DNA of 42,349 bases, taken from NCBI GenBank assembly GCA_018971365.1, contig JAGXAZ010000002.1, positions 1-42,349 on the forward strand. The letters are read 5' to 3'. Positions 11,101-16,682 of this stretch are shown in pieces. Each line of letters begins with the position of its first letter. Position 1 is the stretch's first letter. The notes under the pieces were generated by a model. It ran no database searches. It was given only the letters and a program-made list of their open reading frames with translations, and was not told the origin of the DNA. A program made the translations under genes and the position numbers. This DNA comes from Gammaproteobacteria bacterium (lineage in GTDB: Bacteria > Pseudomonadota > Gammaproteobacteria > Natronospirales > REEB76).

Positions 11101-11215
11101 GGCCGTCGTGATCTTCGGCGGCCTTCTCTGGAGCGCAGTACGCAGCACCAACCTGATCCCTGCCCTTTACTTGCACTGGCGGCGCAAACAACTCGCGAAG
11201 GCGCGCGCGGCATGA
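8135..11215 (+). CDS. RND efflux permease (CusA/CzcA-like by context and N-terminal pattern)
   Basis: 1026 aa with 12-TM RND architecture. N-terminus: RIPFEVLPRFNFPQISVITHEPGATAAELETQIARPIE. TM4: TLGALTVAVGMLADDAIIVLES. C-terminal half: LTLIGIGLRHGIVLLD. Starts 4 nt after the MFP stop. Confidence 0.9.
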   Translation: MNDKSGFRRVLRRPLLWVLIFGALIAFGLYAFKRIPFEVLPRFNFPQISVITHEPGATAAELETQIARPIEGEIFTLPNLASVRSVMGNGLVETDVRFRSGTDPQQDLLAVNGAIDRARGQLPASAQPFAEIMGNAINEVADYTAQIPAGVAPAEVERAALASVVPALRAVPGVQRVELFGAGAEALWVQPNLAALHRYRVPVTALTQAIKDQVLLQPGGYIVQGHQDVLIEARHLPVHIAQLEQIPVPGPNGPIPLTNLAHVVRAATPTHNAVLLDGHPAVALVIIKQPNASTVPVTQAVQSALDATSNQLPAGVHWIHMYNQGHLVHVVGTDLGRNLILGGALAVLVLFWVLGAGRGIWVLACSIPLSLLLGIAALYVTGQSLNLMTLGALTVAVGMLADDAIIVLESIYHRWEQGDARWMGVWQGLKDIAIPDLTATLTTVAVFVPLLFVGGLAGLFFIPFALAMTLVLLASLAVSLSFIPLSLGFIGARPRRRPSIGGRMLERSRRLNEKLFNLVSRGPRLSLAITFGVLILSLAGLALVKVNFLPLPNEGVLLESFTLPPGTSLLDTQAAVQKITARLRADPAVARVSARIGSASGTAYTEPAYAGEIEILLKPGIHVNSLDTIGRRVLMESHLTGVQLALDTPTLERVGESLSGLPQPFVLHVFGSSINELRTVADEVTARLHAVPSLTSIFNDDGYPVTQLQLQPKTAALAAYGLTPAELYAQVNPLLHGEVVTQVPLGIVPLDIYIRLADAPRKTLRKLGEVPIQTDPPIGTKTGGWTPLAQLAELKLATTPNQIRHIGGARALDIYATPTGPLGGTIAAAKRALAGLKLPPGYRVAFGGLYPELVAAAEGLGVAALAAMVLMAGILILQFEGLLVPGILLLEIPLALMGGAIALIITGVGLNATGMVAFLTLIGIGLRHGIVLLDRVRRNEAAGMPLEEAVHEGIHVRFRPIVLTALTAMLGMLPTALGWGQGAAPEQGLAVVIFGGLLWSAVRSTNLIPALYLHWRRKQLAKARAA

Positions 11216-11325
11216 ACTGCTGTGCCGCACCAACGGGGTGCATAAAACAGGTGCCGCGACGGCCTGAGTTACCACCGGATACACACGGGAAAGTACACGA
11301 TTCTTCAAGACGCAGGAGAATTCCA

Positions 11326-11976
11326 ATGCATGCCATTCGCTTGCTCCGTTCGATGAAGCCGCAGGCGCTCACGCTGATTCTTATGGCTGCCATAGCCGGT
11401 GTCGCGCCGCAAATGGCCCACGCGGCGAGCGGACCGCTCGGCATTGATCACCGTTTGCCCTACGACAACTCGGGCATCTGGGCGCGTCACAATCAACTGG
11501 CGCTGGAAGACGGCGTGATTCTTACGGAACTGGGCGGTGCGCTCTGGCTCGGCGGCCAGAATCAACTCGGCAAAACTTTCTGGCAATCCATTGACTCTTC
11601 GGCCTTCACTGCGCTCACCGTGCAAGGCATGAAATACGCCTTCGGCCGTGAACGGCCTTCACAGACCGACAATCCCAACGAATGGTTCAAGGGCGGCCAG
11701 AGCTTTCCGAGCGGCGAAGTGGCTCTGCAGGCGAGCTTTGTCACCCCGTTTATTCTCGAATACCAGCAGGAACATCCCTGGGTATGGGGGTTGGAAGCCC
11801 TGCCCGCCTACGACGCGGTGGCGCGCATGAAGACGCAAGGCCACTGGCAGACCGATGTGCTCGCCGGCTGGGCCGTGGGCACGCTCTGGGGCATCTATGC
11901 CCACGACCGGCAAACGCCGCTTATCCTGGGTGTCATGCCGCACGGGATTTATGTCGGCCTGCGCGTGACGTTCTAG
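11326..11976 (+). CDS. PAP2-family (phosphatidic acid phosphatase type 2) periplasmic/membrane phosphatase, full length
   Basis: ORF 11212-11976. I prefer the ATG at 11326, preceded by AGGAGA at 11314-11319. Signal MHAIRLLRSMKPQALTLILMAAIAGVAPQMAHA. Motifs KYAFGRERP (KX6RP), PSGE (PSGH position), RMKTQGHWQTD (RX5HX3D). Confidence 0.85.
   Translation: MHAIRLLRSMKPQALTLILMAAIAGVAPQMAHAASGPLGIDHRLPYDNSGIWARHNQLALEDGVILTELGGALWLGGQNQLGKTFWQSIDSSAFTALTVQGMKYAFGRERPSQTDNPNEWFKGGQSFPSGEVALQASFVTPFILEYQQEHPWVWGLEALPAYDAVARMKTQGHWQTDVLAGWAVGTLWGIYAHDRQTPLILGVMPHGIYVGLRVTF
11425..11739 (+). repeat. Direct repeat copy 2 (315 bp, inside the full-length PAP2 gene)
   Basis: See copy 1; offset between copies is 8298 bp. 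Confidence 0.9.
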
Positions 11977-12146
11977 CGGATTAGCGAATGCGCTGCAAAG
12001 CAAGTGAATGATTTTACGCAGCCAAGAAGTGGCCTGGTTCCAGCTTCTCCCACCAGTTCAGCCCCGAGTCGGGTGCATGAAATCTATTGCGACACTTCTA
12101 CAAATCAGCGGAACAACGTCCCTGTCGTTCCAATCTGAAAAGCCGA

Positions 12147-13172
12147 TCAAATGCCAAGGTTCTTCTTCCAATAGGCCTGGATAGCCTTGACTGTGGAGGG
12201 CGGCAGCGGTCCGAAAGCAATAGACTCTGCCATTTTCTGGCCATGCTCAAAGCCCCACAGGAAGAATTTTGTCACCATCTCGTTGGTGGCCTTGGGGGCA
12301 TCGGTGCGCAGAATCTGCCAGGTGCAGCCCGAGATTGGCCAGGTATCCGGTCCGGGCTGATCGGTCAAAATCACGTAGAAATCTTGGGCCTTGGTGAAAT
12401 CCACATGCGCCGCTGCCGCCTGAAAACCATTAAGGCTGGGACTGACCAGCTTGCCGTCACGGTTAAACATGCGCACGTAGGTTAGGTTGTTTTCCAAAAT
12501 ATAGGCATACTCCACATACCCGATGGAGCCGCGAATCCGCTGCACGTACGCCGACACCCCTTCGTTGCCTTTGCCGCCTACCCCCACCGGCCAAGCGAGG
12601 GAGGTATTTGCCCCCACTTTCTTGGCCCACTCCGGGCTGACCTTGGATAGATAATTGGCGAAGGTGAACGTGGTGCCAGAACCGTCGGCCCGATGCACAA
12701 CCGTAATGTCCATGTCGGGCAGCGTCATACCCTTATTGAGCGCTTGAACCGCAGGGGCGTTCCACTTTTTGATCTTGCCGAGATAGATATCCGCAATCAC
12801 CGGGCCACTCAGGATCAGTTCACCCGGTTTGACGCCCGGCAGGTTCACTACCATGTCTTCACCGGCAATCGCAGTCGGGAACTGGATAAGGTGTGCGGCG
12901 GCCAGTTCCTCGGGCTTGAGCGGCATGTCGCTGGCGCCGAACGCCACCGTACCCGCCTTGATTTGGGCAATGCCCCCGCCCGAACCGATGGACTGGTAAT
13001 TCACCTGAATGCCGGTCTGCTGCGCGTAGGCCGTGGCCCATTTCGACACCAGCGGATACACCCAGGTACTGCCGGCACCGGTGAGGCTATTTCCGGCCCA
13101 AGAACTCGGCGCCATCGCTCCGGCGCCGGCCACTACCAACAATACTGCAATTAGTTTCATGAGTTTAAACAT
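12147..13172 (-). CDS. pstS: Phosphate ABC transporter substrate-binding protein PstS
   Basis: 341 aa with a signal peptide. Diagnostic pattern GAGSTWVYPLVSKWATAY...YQSIGSGGGIAQIKAGTVAFGASD...DGSGTTFTFANYLS. GGAG lies 8 nt upstream of the ATG at 13172 (alternative ATG at 13160). No pstCAB follows; the next gene is convergent. Confidence 0.9.
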   Translation of the reverse strand: MFKLMKLIAVLLVVAGAGAMAPSSWAGNSLTGAGSTWVYPLVSKWATAYAQQTGIQVNYQSIGSGGGIAQIKAGTVAFGASDMPLKPEELAAAHLIQFPTAIAGEDMVVNLPGVKPGELILSGPVIADIYLGKIKKWNAPAVQALNKGMTLPDMDITVVHRADGSGTTFTFANYLSKVSPEWAKKVGANTSLAWPVGVGGKGNEGVSAYVQRIRGSIGYVEYAYILENNLTYVRMFNRDGKLVSPSLNGFQAAAAHVDFTKAQDFYVILTDQPGPDTWPISGCTWQILRTDAPKATNEMVTKFFLWGFEHGQKMAESIAFGPLPPSTVKAIQAYWKKNLGI

Positions 13173-13202
13173 CTGCGCTACTCCAAATAATATTGATAGA
13201 AA

Positions 13203-14231
13203 TCAGAACTTGATCTGGGCCCACAGGCCGATTTCCCGGTTCTTGAGGTCCGTGGTGTTATCGGCGAGATCTTCATACTTGTACGCCAAGGCCCAGGTGA
13301 TGTTGCGGTTGGCCAGGAACGAGACACCAGCGTTGTAGTATTTATCCTTCTTCGAAGGATCCAGGTCCTTGCTGGGGTTAGCGTTGTCGTAGCGCGCGAA
13401 CAGCGCGGTACCGTTTGCGGCGATTTGCACCGAGCCGAACAGCGAATAGCCGCTGGCTGAATCGGTCGCGTTGGTGGTGATCGCCGCAGGTGTGAAATTG
13501 CTGGCGTGAAAATACTCCGCCCCCAAGGTGACTACCTCGGTTTTATACGCAATCAGGGTGTCCTGACGATTGGCTGTATTCAGTGCCGGAGCGGTAGCCG
13601 TATTCTGGCCCAGGTCACCGGTATAACCGCCGATCGCAATCACCAATCCGCTTACCGGATAAAACGCCCACCGCCCTTCCCAGTCCATGCTCTTGCTGCG
13701 AGTGGGGTTTTTGTAACCACCGCCGTTGACCAGCGACACCGCATAATTGCTCCAGCCGTTGCTGCCCATGAAATGTACGCCCCAATCGGCAGAGTTGCCG
13801 AAATGCAGCCGGTCAATCAGGGTGTTCTCCACAAAACGGTAGCCATAAATGCTCTCGTCGAACGGAATCCACGGCATGTCGGCCGAGCCCAGGCGGAACG
13901 TCGCGGCCTGACTTAACTTTGCTTGCACAAAGGCTTTCTTGATGAACAACTGGGTCTCACCGTCCGACTTTAGGTAATTAAAGTCAGTGGTCAGGTTTGC
14001 CGACCAGATGCCATCGAAACTATGGTCCACGCCCAGATAGAAACGCTTGACATCAATGCCGTAGCCGGTAACGCCGGTGTCGGCGCCGTTCTGTTGCTGA
14101 TTGAGGTAAGTCCAATCGGTAAACATCGTGCCGCTCACGGTGGTGCTGCCGGACGTATTGTCGGCCCGTGCCTGCCCCAGGAACAGCACAATCCCCATTA
14201 ACAAGGCCGAAATCCCGTAAATCTTGCGCAT
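13203..14231 (-). CDS. Outer-membrane porin, probably phosphate-starvation inducible
   Basis: 342 aa. Signal MRKIYGISALLMGIVLFLGQARA. Alternating beta-strand pattern with C-terminal ...GLWAQIKF. Strong SD (GAAGGAGAGG). Only 30 bp upstream of pstS and downstream of tandem Pho boxes. Confidence 0.8.
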   Translation of the reverse strand: MRKIYGISALLMGIVLFLGQARADNTSGSTTVSGTMFTDWTYLNQQQNGADTGVTGYGIDVKRFYLGVDHSFDGIWSANLTTDFNYLKSDGETQLFIKKAFVQAKLSQAATFRLGSADMPWIPFDESIYGYRFVENTLIDRLHFGNSADWGVHFMGSNGWSNYAVSLVNGGGYKNPTRSKSMDWEGRWAFYPVSGLVIAIGGYTGDLGQNTATAPALNTANRQDTLIAYKTEVVTLGAEYFHASNFTPAAITTNATDSASGYSLFGSVQIAANGTALFARYDNANPSKDLDPSKKDKYYNAGVSFLANRNITWALAYKYEDLADNTTDLKNREIGLWAQIKF

Positions 14232-14318
14232 ATGGTTCCTCTCCTTCAGGACATTATATGGTTGTGTCTCACGTCAGACCGTGACAGGTCTGACGCGGCG
14301 CAAGATTACGGGCGCAAG

Positions 14319-14358
14319 ATGACGCGGATATGACAGCTGCATGAAATTTGTGTGACAG
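14319..14358 (-). promoter_or_regulatory. Two tandem Pho boxes (four 7-bp PhoB half-sites in exact 11-bp phase)
   Basis: The reverse strand reads CTGTCAC-acaa-ATTTCAT-gcag-CTGTCAT-atcc-GCGTCAT. This fits the consensus CTGTCAT-4 nt-CTGTCAT. It ends 87 nt upstream of the porin ATG, and a possible -10 (TAATCT) starts 10 nt after the last half-site. Confidence 0.7.
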
Positions 14359-14676
14359 CGGGGCCGGAGGACCCAACGCTCTTGGTTGAATGCGCCGTAT
14401 TTTGAACGTACAGCTCCGGTCGCAGGAGTTAAGTGCCCAGATTAATACAGGACAGCCAATCCCGCACCAAAGTCATGCGACCAGCCGCCGAGACTGGCGG
14501 GAAGCCGCTGACGAAATTCGGCACCCAGTTCAACGTTGGGCGTGCGCACGTACTGCATACTGCCGTCTGCATTGTATCCCGCACCTTGTCCAGGACTGGC
14601 GTGATTCTGCGCGTAATCCTCGGCAAAAAGCTACGCACGATCTGAGGCCGCCAGGCCGCGAGCAACAGAAGCGCCT

Positions 14677-15837
14677 TCAGGATTTTCTCAGGGCCTCTGC
14701 AACGCGCAACCGGGTAAGCACCCATAGGGGCACCAGCGCCGCCAGTATTCCGAACACGATGGCCAGAATCACGCCCGCTCCGGTTGCGCGCCAAGTCAGT
14801 TCGAAGGTGCCCAGAAAATTCCCCACCAGCGGATACAGCGCATGCGTAACCAGCCAGCTCAGGAACAATCCAACGATGGCGCCGGAAACCAGCAGCAGCA
14901 GCGATTCGCCGACCAGCAGACGCATGACCCGGCCGGGCTTGAAACCCAGGGCTCTGAGCAGCGCGATTTCCGCGGTACGTTCGCGCACCGACTGGGCCTG
15001 CGCATTACCGACAATCAGCAGCAGCGTGAAGAACACCGCAAAGCCCACGGACACTACGATCGCGCTGATATTGCCAAATTGGCGAATCAGGCTGACGATC
15101 TCCTGAGTTTCCGGTTGGGTCAGGGTCTGCGGCGAGGAATTCGCAAATTGCGCATCTATGGCGTTGGAAATGCGTGTGGCGTTGCGGGGATCATCAATGC
15201 GTTCGAAGTACCGGAATACCACATCGCGCAAGCGCGGATCGGCCACGCTCTGGTTGAAATACTGATAATGACCAATGAAAAACTCCTTGTAAGCCGACGG
15301 TAAATTAGTCTGGTAAATACCGTCCAGGTGGAAATACCATGTGGTACTGCCATCGGTCTGCGCAACCTGCGATTGCACGGGAATGGTCTCGCCCACGGTC
15401 CATCCCATGCGCGCTGCCAACGCCGGCCCGGCAATGGCGCCTTGCCGGTCTCCAAACCAAGTCTGGAGTTGAGTGGAATTCACGGTGAATTCAGTAAATA
15501 CGCGCGTGACGCTATGCACATTGGTAAACAGGACCTGAAACGTATGCTTCGGACCCTTGAAAAACCCCTGGAGACCATCAAAGTAAATTGCGGCCTTTAC
15601 ACCCGGCACAGCGATGATCTTGTCGTAATAGCTCAGGGGCATGATGCTGCCGCGCGCAACCAGATTGTTGGTAACCAATCGCTCCGCGTTGATGATGTTC
15701 AACTGACCGAGCATGCCGTAGCGCACCGCCGCAAGTACGCCAAACAGGATGAAGGCCGCCACTATGGACAGCCAGGTGAAAATCGAGCGCCCTTTGCGGC
15801 GCCTGATCGCAGACCAGATGATCGTAAATCCGTTCAT
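14677..15837 (-). CDS. ABC transporter permease, FtsX/MacB-type (4 TM with large periplasmic domain)
   Basis: 386 aa. N-terminus: MNGFTIIWSAIRRRKGRSIFTWLSIVAAFILFGVLAAV. C-terminal FtsX module: ERTAEIALLRALGFKPGRVMRLLVGESLLLLVSGAIVG...RVAEALRKS. Confidence 0.85.
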   Translation of the reverse strand: MNGFTIIWSAIRRRKGRSIFTWLSIVAAFILFGVLAAVRYGMLGQLNIINAERLVTNNLVARGSIMPLSYYDKIIAVPGVKAAIYFDGLQGFFKGPKHTFQVLFTNVHSVTRVFTEFTVNSTQLQTWFGDRQGAIAGPALAARMGWTVGETIPVQSQVAQTDGSTTWYFHLDGIYQTNLPSAYKEFFIGHYQYFNQSVADPRLRDVVFRYFERIDDPRNATRISNAIDAQFANSSPQTLTQPETQEIVSLIRQFGNISAIVVSVGFAVFFTLLLIVGNAQAQSVRERTAEIALLRALGFKPGRVMRLLVGESLLLLVSGAIVGLFLSWLVTHALYPLVGNFLGTFELTWRATGAGVILAIVFGILAALVPLWVLTRLRVAEALRKS

Positions 15838-15840
15838 GCC

Positions 15841-16230
15841 CTGAACTACCCGCCTGGCGTCGTCCTGCTTCCCTGTGCTTGTTTACCCGTGGCCAAGCTG
15901 TGTCACCTGCAATCTCTACGATTGCCTTGACCGGGGAATATGCTGTTGCAGCTCTGCAAAGCTGCGGCTTGACCGGCAAGCGGTAGCGGCTGGCGCCTCA
16001 AAGATAACGGCTGCTGCGACCGGATTGCCCCTGGCGCGCCGCGCAGGCGGTCAACTCGAAGCATTTGCCCGGTTGAAAAGGTACGCAGCCATCCGCTCCC
16101 CGCTTGGGTTCATAATTCCAACTGAAAGCTGGCAGGCGTCATCCAGACTGACCTTGGTGAATGCAACGGCCCGCTCCCTCCCGCCAGCAAGACCACTATC
16201 ACCCGCGCTGGCGTGAATGCCAAGCCACCG
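15841..16230 (-). pseudogene. Decayed ABC-transporter ATPase (partner of the FtsX permease): frameshift, in-frame stop and internal deletions
   Basis: Two reverse-strand frames carry degraded ABC motifs in the right order. RAVAFTKVSLDDACQLSVGIMNPSGERMAAYLFN corresponds to ..ALKGVSL......VAIMGPSGSGKSTLLN (Walker A destroyed). ARQGQSGRSSRYL* corresponds to the signature ..QLSGGQQQRV. KPQLCRAATA corresponds to Walker B P.LLLADEPTA. KAIVEIAGDTAW....HREAGRR corresponds to the H-loop/C-terminus TIV.VTHD........L.DGRI. Total length is about half of an intact ATPase. Confidence 0.45.
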
Positions 16231-16682
16231 TGATACGAGCACGCATTTGATTTTGAGTATTGAGCCGTGCACGCGTCGAATCAAAGCTTAACACAAACGG
16301 GAAAGGCCGCTGATTTTCAGGAATCCGATCCATCCACATCCCGATTTACGCGGTGATCAGGAAATGGCGGTTGTACGCCAAGTGTATGAACTTGCGGCAG
16401 TTGCGCGGGGATGACTGCGCCTGACCGGAATTAAAATACCGAAGCCATCGTACTTGGCGTGCCGCGAAGCATTTGCGCCCGCGCGCGACGGTGAAAATAT
16501 GGCGCAGCCGCATTCCACGCCCAACGCAGGCCACAGAGCTTCTGGAGCAGGTATGAACTCACGACGGGTGACGGTATGGGGCCCCGGAGTGGCAACGGCA
16601 TCCTGGCCCAGCTATCCGCAGTATCCGCCCGCCACCACAAATGGACTGTCCATTGGCTCGATTCTGTCACGGCGCCAGTCAA

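Noticed and set aside
11212-11325. N-terminal extensions offered by the ORF track: PAP2 from 11212, RR1 from 915, RR2 from 3579, HK2 from 4135, M16 from 26424, metH from 31169, metF from 32005, rnhA from 41533.
   Set aside because: The extensions overlap upstream genes or lack an SD. The internal starts restore the canonical family N-termini and in several cases sit behind clear SD sequences or classic 4-nt stop/start overlaps.
14253-14258. Perfect TATAAT (- strand) upstream of the porin gene.
   Set aside because: It lies only ~22 nt from the ATG, so a transcript from it would start within or after the SD (14245-14240). It is also too far (about 60 nt) from the Pho boxes to be the PhoB-dependent -10.
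16140-16216. + strand reading GECNGPLPPASKTTITRAGVNAKPP, resembling a Walker A (GPSGSGKTT).
   Set aside because: It is isolated, followed by a stop, and on the wrong strand for the adjacent permease. The - strand frames give a longer, correctly ordered series of ABC motifs, so the + strand resemblance is treated as chance.
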